Origin: an uncultured Chloroflexia bacterium
GTDB taxonomy: Bacteria > Chloroflexota > Limnocylindria > Limnocylindrales > CSP1-4
DNA: 64,000 bases
Direction of reading: 5' to 3'
Assembly: GCA_963819655.1 (NCBI GenBank)
Contig: CAWFXA010000003.1
Coordinates: 128,001-192,000 of the forward strand
Positions 39,230 through 49,117 of this stretch are shown one piece after another. A program made the position numbers and the translations under genes. The notes beneath the pieces were generated by a model. The model was not told the origin of the DNA, did no database searches, and worked only from the letters and a program-made list of their open reading frames with translations. How positions within the stretch are numbered: position 1 is the stretch's first letter; every line of letters starts with the position of its first letter.

Positions 39230-40381
39230 GTGATCGCTCCACCACCGCCCCGGGCAAGCTCGGTCGTGGACCCGAGGATCGGTGATCTCGGGCCGGCAGT
39301 CCTGGCACTGGAGGACGGAACGGTGTTCCCGGGCGTGGCGTTCGGGGCGCCGATCGCGGCGGGCGGCGATCTCGTCGTCAATACGAGCCAGACCGGCTAC
39401 CAGGAGGTCTGCACCGACCCGTCGTACGCCGGCCAGGTCGTCGTCATGACCTATCCGCTCATCGGCAACTACGGCCGGCTGGCCGACGACGACCAGTCCG
39501 TCAAGCCCTGGTTACGGGCGCTCGTCGTTGCCAACGCCACCGCGGCCGTTCTGGAGGACGCTCGTCAGCTCGCGGCTCTCCTCCGCGACGAGCGCATCCC
39601 GGCGATCGCGGGTGTCGATACCCGTGCGCTTGCCCGTCACCTGCGCGCCAACGGCAGTCTGCGCGGGATCGTCACGGCACCGAGCGAGGTGGACACCGCA
39701 GGTGCCGTGCTCGCCGCGCGGGCCGTGGCGCGCTGGGAGGACCAGGATTTCGTGGGCCAGGTCTCGCCGACCGCGATCACCGAAGTCGGCTCGGTGGACG
39801 ACGGCGGTCCACTCATCGGCATCGTCGATCTCGGCCTCAAGTCGAACATCGTTCGGGCGATGCGCCATCGCGGGGCGCGCGCGCGCGTGTTCCCGCATAC
39901 GGTCGAGGCGTCGGATGTGCTCTCGTCCGACATCGACGGGATCATCCTGTCGCCCGGTCCTGGGGATCCCGCGCGGCTTGCATCGCAGGTGGCGCTGGCG
40001 CGCGCAGTCATCGACGACGGCCGGCCGCTGCTCGGGATCTGTCTCGGACACCAGATCGTGGGGCGGGCTGCGGGCGCGGATACCCGGCGCCTGCGGTTCG
40101 GGCATCACGGGGCGAACCATCCGGTCCAGGACTCGGACCTTGGGCTCGTCCAGGTGACCGCCCAGAACCACGAGGTCCAGGTGGTCGGCGACTCGCTGCC
40201 GTCGACGTCGGGCTTCCACGTCAGCCAGGTGAACCTCAACGACCTGTCGGTCGAGGGGCTGCGCCACGGCGAGAAGCCGATCGAGACGGTCCAGTACCAC
40301 CCGGAGGGGGCACCGGGGCCACTGGACGCCCTCGCCGTGTTCGACCGCTTCGTGGCCGCGGCGCGGGGCGGGGTCGCGTGA
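39230..40381 (+). CDS. carA: Carbamoyl-phosphate synthase small subunit
   Basis: LALEDG, TGYQE..TDPSY.GQ, LSPGPGDP, GICLGHQ, FGHHGANHPV, QYHPEG. Confidence 0.96.
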   Translation: MIAPPPPRASSVVDPRIGDLGPAVLALEDGTVFPGVAFGAPIAAGGDLVVNTSQTGYQEVCTDPSYAGQVVVMTYPLIGNYGRLADDDQSVKPWLRALVVANATAAVLEDARQLAALLRDERIPAIAGVDTRALARHLRANGSLRGIVTAPSEVDTAGAVLAARAVARWEDQDFVGQVSPTAITEVGSVDDGGPLIGIVDLGLKSNIVRAMRHRGARARVFPHTVEASDVLSSDIDGIILSPGPGDPARLASQVALARAVIDDGRPLLGICLGHQIVGRAAGADTRRLRFGHHGANHPVQDSDLGLVQVTAQNHEVQVVGDSLPSTSGFHVSQVNLNDLSVEGLRHGEKPIETVQYHPEGAPGPLDALAVFDRFVAAARGGVA

Positions 40382-40387
40382 TGGCGT

Positions 40388-40565
40388 GTTTCCTGCCAAA
40401 TCGTCGCCACATGACCCTTGGGCGCGCTGCCGGCCGTTCGATGCCGGCTGGCGGAGTTGGTCCGTGCGGGGCAGAGATGCCCAGCGCGCCGGGAGGGCGT
40501 CAAATCCGAGCCGAAGGGCGCCAGATCCATGCGCAGGCGTCACTCCGTGACGATTTGGCAGGAAA
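40388..40565. mobile_element. Non-autonomous REPIN/MITE-like element between carA and carB
   Basis: Perfect 17-bp TIR TTTCCTGCCAAATCGTC (40389-40405) / GACGATTTGGCAGGAAA (40549-40565); each end is a CGTCR-N5-TGAC hairpin; flanks TGGCGTG/TGGCGCG. Confidence 0.7.
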
Positions 40566-40653
40566 TGGCGCGGGCCGACGGTGACGAAGCCGGCCATCTT
40601 CCTTGCAGGCGCTTTGAACCTTGCCGGCTGTGATCGAGCAGACGCGGTGGACT

Positions 40654-43600
40654 ATGCCGGCCGCTACTAAGCCGACGTCGGTGCTGATCCTCGGCAGCGG
40701 GCCCGTCGTCATCGGCCAGGCGGCGGAGTTCGACTATGCCGGCACGCAGGCCTGTCGCGCGCTGCGGGCGGAGGGTGTGCGCACGATCCTCGTCAACTCG
40801 AACCCGGCCACGATCATGACCGACCCCCAGGTCGCCGACGTCATCTACCTCGAGCCGCTGACGGTCGAGGCGGTCGAGGCGGTCATCGCCCGCGAGCGAC
40901 CCGACGGGGTCCTCGCGGGCCTTGGCGGCCAGACCGCCCTCAACCTGGCCATGGCGCTGGCGGAAGCCGGCGCCTTCGAGCGCTACGACGTCCGGCTCCT
41001 CGGGACGCCGCTCGAGGCCATCCGCATGGCCGAAGATCGCGAGGCGTTCCGCGACCTGCTCGACCGGATCGGCCAGCCGTATGCCCCGTCGTGGATCGTG
41101 GAGACGCCCGACGATGTCGAAACGGCCCTCCGAGAGATCGGGCTCCCGGCGATCGTGCGACCGGCGTTCACCCTCGGCGGGACCGGTGGCGGCATCGTCG
41201 AGACCGAGGCGGCCTACCGCGAACGCATCCGGGCCGGCCTGCGCGCGAGCCCCATCGGCCAGGTCATGGTCGAGCGCTGCCTCGTCGGTTGGCAGGAGAT
41301 CGAATACGAGGTCATGCGCGACGCCGACGACACGTGCATCGCCGTGTGCTCGATGGAGAACGTCGACCCGCTCGGCGTCCACACCGGCGATTCGATCGTC
41401 GTCGCGCCGGTCCAGACACTGACCGACGCCGTCCACCAGCGTCTCCGCAGCGCGGCGCTCGCGATCATCCGGGCGCTTGGCGTCGAGGGCGGCTGCAACG
41501 TCCAGTTCGCTCTCTCGCCCGACTCCACCGAGTACGCGGTCATCGAGGTCAACCCGCGCGTCTCGCGCTCCAGCGCGCTGGCGAGCAAGGCCACGGGCTA
41601 CCCGATCGCCCGGGTCGCGGCGCAGATCGCGGTCGGGCGGCGGCTCGCCGAGATCCCGAATGTCGTGACCGGCACGACGGTGGCCGCGTTCGAGCCGGCT
41701 CTCGACTACCTCGTCGTCAAGCTGCCACGCTTCCCGTTCGACAAGTTCCCGACCGCCGACCGCACGCTCGGCAGCCAGATGAAGGCCACGGGCGAAGTGA
41801 TGGCGATCGACCGCACGTTCGGCTCGGCGCTCAACAAGGCGCTCCGCGGCCTGGAGCAGGCCGGCGCCGGGCCGCTGGCCGAGGATCCGTCGTGGACGCC
41901 GGCGTTCGACTACCTGGCCGGGGTCTACGCCGGCGATCCCGACGAGGACGAGCCGATCCGCTGGGTCGACGACGACCGGTCAGGCCTGCGAATCGACCCG
42001 ACACGCGCAGAGGACCGCCGCCCCGATCGTGCTGCGGCGCTTCCTCGAGCCGTCCGACTCGCGGCTCTGGCGGCTCCTCGGGCTGCTACGGCGAGGCGTC
42101 CCGGAGGCCGTGGTGGGCGAGGCGACGGGGATCTCGGCATGGTTCCTCGCCGAGATGGGCCGCAATGTCGCGCTCGAACGGGAGGTCACCGTCGTGGGAT
42201 CGCGCCTGGCCGACCCCGAGGACGGCGGAGCCGCAGAGCTGCTCGCCACCGCGAAGCGCGCCGGGTTCGGTGACAAGGAGCTCGCCGGACTGGCCGGCAC
42301 GAGCCCGGAGGCGCTGCGGGACGCCCGCCTCGCCCTCGGTATCGTGCCGGGCTACGCCATGGTCGACACGTGCGCCGCCGAATTCGCGGCCGAGACCCCC
42401 TACTTCTACGCGACCTACGCTGCAGCCGGCTCGGCGCCGGAGGCGCCACCGGTCGATCGACCCGCGGCGCTCGTGATCGGCAGCGGCCCGGTCCGGATCG
42501 GGCAGGGGATCGAGTTCGACTACTGCGCAGTGCAGGCCGCCGACACGCTCCGACGCAATGGCTGGCAGGCGGTGATGATCAACTCGAACCCGGAGACCGT
42601 GTCGACCGACTTCGACGCGTCGTCGCGCCTCTATTTCGAGCCGCTCGACCCGGAGAGCGTGCGCAGTGTCATCGACGCGGAGGGCGGGATCCCGGCCATG
42701 GTCGCGTTCGGGGGCCAGACCCCGCTCAACCTTGCCGCGCCGCTCGTGGCTGGTGGCGTGCAACTGCTCGGATCGGATCTCGAGGCCATCGACCAGGCCG
42801 AGGAACGCGTGCGCTTCGCGGCTCTGCTCGACCGCCTCGGCATCCCGCAGCCCGAGGGCGGGATGGCACACAGCATCGAGGAGGCGCTGACGCTGGCCGA
42901 GCGGATCGGCTTCCCGGTCATCGTCCGGCCATCGTTCGTGATCGGCGGCCTGGCGATCGACTTCTGCTATTCGACCGAGGACCTCGAGCGCCAGCTCGCG
43001 CTGGCCACGGTCGTCGACCCGGATCGACCCGTCCGCATCGATCGCTATCTCGAGGGCGTCGAGGTCGATGTCGATGCCGTCAGCGACGGCGTGCGGGTAC
43101 TGATCCCCGGATTGCTCGAGCACGTCGAGCGGGCTGGTGTGCACTCCGGCGACAGCGTCGGCGTCTTCCCCCCGCAGTTCGTCAGCGAGGGCGACCAGGA
43201 CCTCATCGTTGCGACGATGGAACGGGTCGTGCTCGCCCTGGGCGCGAAGGGGCTCGTCAACGCCCAATTCATCGTCCGCGACGACGGCGTCTACCTGATC
43301 GAGGTCAACCCGCGGGCGTCGCGCACCGTGCCCTTCATGTCGAAGGTGACCGGCGTCCCGATGGTCGAACTGGCCGTCCGGATCGCGCTCGGGGCGACGC
43401 TCCCGGATCTCGGCTGGGACGGCGGGCTGCTGCCGACGCCGTCGTTCGTGGCCGTCAAGGCGCCAGCGTTCTCGACCGCGAAGCTGCGAGGGGTCGACCC
43501 ATCGGTCGGTCCTGGCATGCAGTCGACCGGCGAAGTCATCGGCCTGCACGAGGATCCGCGCGTCGCGCTGGCAAAGGCCCTGCTCGGGGCGGCGCTCGTG

Positions 43601-44074
43601 CCGCCGCGCCCCGGCGAAGCAGGGGCTCTCGCCCTGTTGTCCATCGCCGATCGCGACAAGGCGCAGCTGGAGCGGCTCGCCGCCGGCCTGGCGAGGGCCG
43701 GGTATCGGCTTGCGGCGACCCCGGGCACACGCCGCCGGCTCGCGGCGGTCGGTTACGACGCCCGACCGGTGGCCAAGCTCGGCGAAGCGCCCGACGAATC
43801 GATCGGCGAGGTGCCGATCCTGGAGCTGATCGCGAGCGGCGAGGTGCGGCTCGTGGTCAACACCCCGACACCGCGTTCGGGCGCAGTCCGCGACGCAGCG
43901 GAGATCCGCCACGCGGCCACGGGCGAGGGGATCCTGTGCCTCACCGCCATCGAGACCGCGGTCGCCGCCGCGGAGGCGCTTGATCCTGAGGTCGCCGAGC
44001 GGCTCTCCAGCGTGCGTCCACTCGGCGAGTGGGTGCCGGAGCCGGGTCAGCCGCGGCTGGTCGCGACCGCCTGA
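40654..44074 (+). CDS. carB: Carbamoyl-phosphate synthase large subunit, +1 frameshift near 41965-41980
   Basis: [33 protein letters not shown] in one frame; [31 protein letters not shown] and MGS domain in the next frame. Confidence 0.92.
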
Positions 44075-45441
44075 TCAGCGCCGGCCTCCGCCGGCGTCAC
44101 GACGATCGCCTGGCCCAGCGACCAGAGCGTCAGCGTCGTCAGGGCGACCATCACGATCGCGAGCGGGATCTGGCGGACAGTGAGCGGTCGGCCCTCGAGA
44201 CCGGCCGGCGCCTCGAGCGCGGCGACCACGTGCCCACCCCACGCCCCGAGCATGTGGCCGCCGACGACGGCCGCGAGTTGCGCGGTCCACACGAGGCCCG
44301 GCGGCAGCCACGCCCCGCTCGGCACGAAGAACGCGGTCCCGACCAGATCCCAGCCCCTCTGGAATGGGTCGGATATGGCGATGACGATCCGTTGTCCGTC
44401 GATCAGCAGGTAGGTCAGGTAGTGCGCGATGAGATAGCCGACGGCGATCGGGAGCAGGCCCGCGCCGGTCGCAGCGACCCCGACGAACCGGGTCACGGCC
44501 AAGGCGGCGACCACGACGATCCCGAGGAACGCGGCGAGCAGCACCGTCTGGATCGGAAGGGCGGGGAACCCGAACGCCTCGAACCAGATCTGCGTCTGCG
44601 ACAGCCCGTCGAAAAGGATCGAGCCGACCGCGAGGGCCACCATCACGACATCCGCCAGCGTCCAACCGGGCTCCAGCAGCCCGCTCGCGAAAGAACGTCG
44701 ACGCACGCGTCCCGTCTCATCGACGAGTGCGTACGGAGCCAGCCGGCCGAGGAGGCGGAACCAGACCGTGAAGACCTCGGCGGTCGATCGCCACGTGTCG
44801 CGCCCGTACTGAGCCATCATCGCCAGCGTCAGGGCCGTATAGCCGACGAGCACGATGAACAGGACCTGGGGCCCCGCCTCGAGCACGAGCTCGAGCCAGA
44901 CGACGACCGCAAAGCCGACGACGGCCGGCCAGCGACCGAGCCTCGCTGGGTAGTCGGCCAGGTCCCACGGCCGCACGCCGAGCCGGCGGACGACCCATGC
45001 GCCCATGTCGAACAGGGTCGAGAACGGGTCCAGCCATTGCCAGATCGGCCCGACCAGGGCTGAGATCGCGGCCACGCCGACCCAGCCATAGACCCACAGG
45101 AAAAGCGTCGCGACCTCGGCGCTGCTGGTCCCCCCGGCGATCCCCTGGGCGACGATCCACAGCCAGCCGATCAGGCCCACGGCCCGCAGGAAGAGTCGGA
45201 GCGGGGCAGGGGGGAGATGGCCGCGATCACTCGTATCGGGGCGTTCCGCGCGCACGTCGCGCACGAGCACGAACACGAAGGACAGCGCGACCGTCGCCGC
45301 GGCCCCGGCAAGGTAGACAGCGAGCGGAAGCCGGCTCGTGTAGGTCGGGTTGAGCGAATGGGCCGCAACCCCGACAGGGGCAGCCAGCACGACCAGCGAG
45401 CCGCCGGCAACCGCGCCGACGAGGGCCCAGGCGCGTCGCAT
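44047..45441 (-). CDS. Multi-TM membrane protein downstream of copC
   Basis: Signal-like N-terminus ending AAH, WQWLDPF, LLPIAVGYLIAHY, VGGH..G.W.GH; about 11 TM segments. Confidence 0.72.
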   Translation of the reverse strand: MRRAWALVGAVAGGSLVVLAAPVGVAAHSLNPTYTSRLPLAVYLAGAAATVALSFVFVLVRDVRAERPDTSDRGHLPPAPLRLFLRAVGLIGWLWIVAQGIAGGTSSAEVATLFLWVYGWVGVAAISALVGPIWQWLDPFSTLFDMGAWVVRRLGVRPWDLADYPARLGRWPAVVGFAVVVWLELVLEAGPQVLFIVLVGYTALTLAMMAQYGRDTWRSTAEVFTVWFRLLGRLAPYALVDETGRVRRRSFASGLLEPGWTLADVVMVALAVGSILFDGLSQTQIWFEAFGFPALPIQTVLLAAFLGIVVVAALAVTRFVGVAATGAGLLPIAVGYLIAHYLTYLLIDGQRIVIAISDPFQRGWDLVGTAFFVPSGAWLPPGLVWTAQLAAVVGGHMLGAWGGHVVAALEAPAGLEGRPLTVRQIPLAIVMVALTTLTLWSLGQAIVVTPAEAGADQAVATSRG

Positions 45442-45443
45442 CG

Positions 45444-46064
45444 TCAGCGGCCGGCTCGGCTGCGGTTGAGCAGGAACCCGGCGAGGACGAGCACGAGCGC
45501 GAAGGCCGCGATGATCGGCAGCAGCACGTCGGTGGTCGACGACGTCGGCCCCCCGGGTTCGGCGGACGGGGTCGGGCTCGGGCTCGCGGATGGCGCGGCG
45601 GATGGGGTCGCCTCCGGCGTCGGCGAGCTCGTCGCCGGCGCGGACGTCCCCGCCGCTGGGCTCGGTGTCGGAGCCGCGGTCGCCGCGACCTCCACCGTGA
45701 AGATCCACGTCAGCCGCTCGATGTCGCCGTCCTCGGCTGAGATGGACGTCGACCTGACGGTGTACGTGCCGTTCGTCAATGGGACGTCGGGCCGAGCCAG
45801 CATCCGTCGGGCGTCCCCAGGGCCGACGCCGCCCTCCGCGACGATCGCGCCGCTGGCATCGAGCACATCGAGACTGCTGGCGGACGTCAGGTCCTGGGAG
45901 TACCGACCGCTGACGAGGGTCACGGGTTCCGTCACCGTCGACCCGTCCGGGGGGATGGCCCGGACCAGCTCGGCGTGTGCGAACGCGGTGGCCGGGATGG
46001 TGGCCAGGACGGCGGCGGCTGCCGCGACCAGCACGAGGCGCCGGGCGCCGATCCGTGATGTCAT
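45444..46064 (-). CDS. copC: CopC-family copper-binding protein with P/S/T stalk and C-terminal TM anchor
   Basis: AFA|HAELVRAIP.DG, G.YTV...ISAEDGD (canonical DGH). Confidence 0.78.
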   Translation of the reverse strand: MTSRIGARRLVLVAAAAAVLATIPATAFAHAELVRAIPPDGSTVTEPVTLVSGRYSQDLTSASSLDVLDASGAIVAEGGVGPGDARRMLARPDVPLTNGTYTVRSTSISAEDGDIERLTWIFTVEVAATAAPTPSPAAGTSAPATSSPTPEATPSAAPSASPSPTPSAEPGGPTSSTTDVLLPIIAAFALVLVLAGFLLNRSRAGR

Positions 46065-46175
46065 GGGCGGAGCATACGGAACATCCAACGGGCGGGTCGC
46101 CGCCCGGCCCCGACCGATCCGACGGGGTACGATCGACCGCACTCCACCGACCATGTGCCCTACCAGGAGCTCTGC

Positions 46176-47525
46176 GTGCCGACCACCCGCGTCCCGACCG
46201 TGACCTTCAGAGACGAACGCCTCGCGAACGGGCTCCGACTGATCGTCGCGGAAGACCATCTCGCCCCGGTCGTGGCGATCAACGTGTGGTACGACGTCGG
46301 ATCGAAGCACGAACAGCCCGGCAAGACGGGATTCGCCCACCTCTTCGAGCACGTGATGTTCCAAGGCTCGAAACACGTCGCCAAGGCCGAGCACATCGCG
46401 CTCATCCAGGCTGCCGGCGGCACGATGAACGGGACGACCTGGCTCGACCGGACCAACTATTTCGAGACGCTGCCGTCCCACGAGCTCGATCTCGGCCTGT
46501 GGCTCGAAGCCGACCGGATGGCCACGCTGCTCGATGCGCTCAGCCAGGAGAACCTCGACAACCAGCGCGAGGTCGTCAAGAACGAGAAGCGCTGGTCGTA
46601 CGACAACCGGCCGTACGGGTCGTGGCAGGAGAAGCTGCAGGCGCACCTCTTCCCGCCGGAGCATCCCTACCACCACTCGACGATCGGCTCGATGGCCGAT
46701 CTCGACGCGGCGTCGCTGGACGACGTGAAGGCCTTCTTCCGCACCTACTACGCCCCGAACAACGCCGTGCTGTCGGTCGTCGGGGACGTCGACGCAGCCG
46801 CGGTACGCGCAAGCGCCGAGCGCTACTTCGGTGCGATCCCGGCGAACCCGTCGATCCCGCCGCTGGGCGACCTGTCGTTGCCGCCGACCCTCGGTCACGA
46901 GGTCCGCGAGATCGTCCACGACCGCGTACCGCTGCCGCGCATCTACTTTGGTTTCCGCGCGCCGATCTACGGCGACACGCGCCTCGACGCGCTCGAAGTG
47001 GCCGGCCAGATCCTGGCCGGTGGCAAGGGCAGCCGGCTGCATCGCCGACTGGTCCGCGAGGAGCGGATCGCCCAGGACGTGGCGCTGTTCACGCTGGGCT
47101 TCATCGGCGGGGCCTCGGTGTCGGCGGGCTGGGCGACGGTCCGTCCCGGCATCTCGGTCGATCGCGTGGAGCGCGCCTTCCACGAGGAGCTCGAGCGACT
47201 GGCCGTGGAACCGGTGAGCCAGGACGAGCTGGCTCGTGCATTCGCGCTGATCGAGGCCGACGAGCTGGGTGCCCTGCAGCGCGTGGAGGAACGGGCCGAT
47301 CGGCTGTCGATGTACGCGACACTGTTCGACCGGCCCGCGCTCATCAACGAGATGCTGGGCCGATACCTGTCGGTCACACCCGAGGCGATCCTCGAGGTGG
47401 CGGCAGCGACATTCCGCCCGGACAACAGGCTCGTCCTGACATACCTGCCGGAGACTCCGTCCGCGGACAGTGAGGCGAACGACGCCGACGAGCGCGAGAC
47501 GGCCGACGAGGAGGTTGCGGCGTGA
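46176..47525 (+). CDS. M16 family metallopeptidase, catalytic subunit
   Basis: GFAHLFEHVMF (HXXEH), NG.T..DRTNY, VVKNE, YY.PNNAVL. Confidence 0.93.
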   Translation: MPTTRVPTVTFRDERLANGLRLIVAEDHLAPVVAINVWYDVGSKHEQPGKTGFAHLFEHVMFQGSKHVAKAEHIALIQAAGGTMNGTTWLDRTNYFETLPSHELDLGLWLEADRMATLLDALSQENLDNQREVVKNEKRWSYDNRPYGSWQEKLQAHLFPPEHPYHHSTIGSMADLDAASLDDVKAFFRTYYAPNNAVLSVVGDVDAAAVRASAERYFGAIPANPSIPPLGDLSLPPTLGHEVREIVHDRVPLPRIYFGFRAPIYGDTRLDALEVAGQILAGGKGSRLHRRLVREERIAQDVALFTLGFIGGASVSAGWATVRPGISVDRVERAFHEELERLAVEPVSQDELARAFALIEADELGALQRVEERADRLSMYATLFDRPALINEMLGRYLSVTPEAILEVAAATFRPDNRLVLTYLPETPSADSEANDADERETADEEVAA

Positions 47526-49078
47526 CCGCCGAGAGCCCGGAGCGGGACGGCGTCGTCGTCGCCCAGCGGCCGGCGCCCGGCACACCCCGGCCATACGACT
47601 TTCCCGAGGTGACACGCACGCAGCTCGACAACGGGTTGACGGTCATGATCGCCGACCTGCCGGGCAGGCCGCTGGTGAGCGCCTCGATCGTGATCCCGGT
47701 CGGCGCGTCGGATGAGCCGCCAAACCAGGCCGGTGCGGCTGTCCTTGCCGCGCGCGCACTGACCGAGGGCACGGAGCACTACGACGCGGTCGGGCTGACC
47801 GAGGCGTCGGAGCGGCTCGGGGCGTCCATCCATGCCGAGGCCGGCTGGGACGCGACCAGCGTCGGGGTCGATGTCCCGTCGACGAGGCTGGAGCCGGCGC
47901 TGGAGCTGCTGGCCGAGGTCCTCCTCCGGCCGACCTTCCCGGCGAGCGAGGTCGAGCGCCTGCGCGACGAGCGGCTGAACGACCTGCTGCAGGCGCAGGC
48001 CGACCCTCGCCGGCGCGCCGACGAGACGTTCATCGGCACGATCTACGCTCCGGCGTCGCCGTACCACCGGCCATCCGCCGGGACGAAGGAGACCGTCGAG
48101 GGCCTCGACGACGCGGCGGCCCGCCGCGCGTACGAACGGATCCTCGATCCGTCCCGCGCCACGCTCGTGGTCGGCGGCGACCTCGGCGGCCAGGATGTCG
48201 TCGAGCTCGCCCGGCGGCTGTTCGGCGAGTGGTCGCGACACGACGACGCTGCCGATCCGGGTTCGGTCGACGACCAGGGCGCCGGGAGCGGCCGGCTGGT
48301 CCGCGTCGTGCATCGACCGGGGAGCGTCCAGACAGAGATCCGGATCGGCCACCCCGGTCTGCCTCGACGCGTTCCCGATTACCACGCCGTGTCCGTCATG
48401 AGCGCGATCCTCGGCGGGCTGTTCAATTCGCGGCTGAACATGCAGCTCCGCGAGGCCAAGGGCTACACCTACGGGGCCGGCGCCGGCTTCGACATGCGCC
48501 GCGGGGCTGGGCCCTTCACGGCCAGGGCTGCCGTGAATACCGAGGTCACGGTGCCTGCGGTGATCGACACGCTCGCGGAGCTCGAACGCATGCGCGACAG
48601 CCGCATCGAAGACAGCGAGCTCGCGGCAGCCCGCGACTTCCTGGTCGGCGTCTTTCCGCTGCGCTTCGAGACACCCGGTGCGGTCGTCGGGGCCGTCGCG
48701 GGCCTGGCGGTCCACGGGCTCCCGCTCGAGGAGTTGACCGATTACCGCGCGCGTGTCGAGGCGGTCGACATCGACGCGGTCGAGGCCGCGGCGCGCGCGC
48801 ATCTCGCGGTCGATCGGGCGGCGATCGTCCTGGTCGGCGATGTCGACGCGTTCGGTGCGGATCTCGAGGCGGCCGGGCTCGGACGGCTCGTGATCGATCG
48901 GGACGAGCCCGCCGGCGCCCGGATGGCGCCAGAACCGGAGGTCGCCGCCGCGGTCGGACCGACCGACGAGGGCGACGAGGCAGGTCCCACCGCCGGAGCC
49001 GAGGACCCGAGCCTGCCCGGCTCGGACGAACCGGCCGCCTCCGATGTCACGAGCGGGGACTCGGACGCAGGCGCCTGA
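47522..49078 (+). CDS. M16 family peptidase, non-catalytic partner subunit
   Basis: No HXXEH; LGG.FNSRL..LRE.KGYTYG motif; GTGA overlap. Confidence 0.9.
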   Translation: MTAESPERDGVVVAQRPAPGTPRPYDFPEVTRTQLDNGLTVMIADLPGRPLVSASIVIPVGASDEPPNQAGAAVLAARALTEGTEHYDAVGLTEASERLGASIHAEAGWDATSVGVDVPSTRLEPALELLAEVLLRPTFPASEVERLRDERLNDLLQAQADPRRRADETFIGTIYAPASPYHRPSAGTKETVEGLDDAAARRAYERILDPSRATLVVGGDLGGQDVVELARRLFGEWSRHDDAADPGSVDDQGAGSGRLVRVVHRPGSVQTEIRIGHPGLPRRVPDYHAVSVMSAILGGLFNSRLNMQLREAKGYTYGAGAGFDMRRGAGPFTARAAVNTEVTVPAVIDTLAELERMRDSRIEDSELAAARDFLVGVFPLRFETPGAVVGAVAGLAVHGLPLEELTDYRARVEAVDIDAVEAAARAHLAVDRAAIVLVGDVDAFGADLEAAGLGRLVIDRDEPAGARMAPEPEVAAAVGPTDEGDEAGPTAGAEDPSLPGSDEPAASDVTSGDSDAGA

Positions 49079-49117
49079 ATAACCTTCGGGACGGCGATAC
49101 CTCGAGGATCCGCAGCC

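Noticed and set aside
40378-40584. 68-aa ORF between carA and carB as a leader or accessory peptide
   Set aside because: Coincides with the inverted-repeat element and has no recognisable protein features
41960-41990. Programmed ribosomal frameshift in carB
   Set aside because: No slippery sequence or precedent I know of; a second +1 indel in the window favours sequencing error
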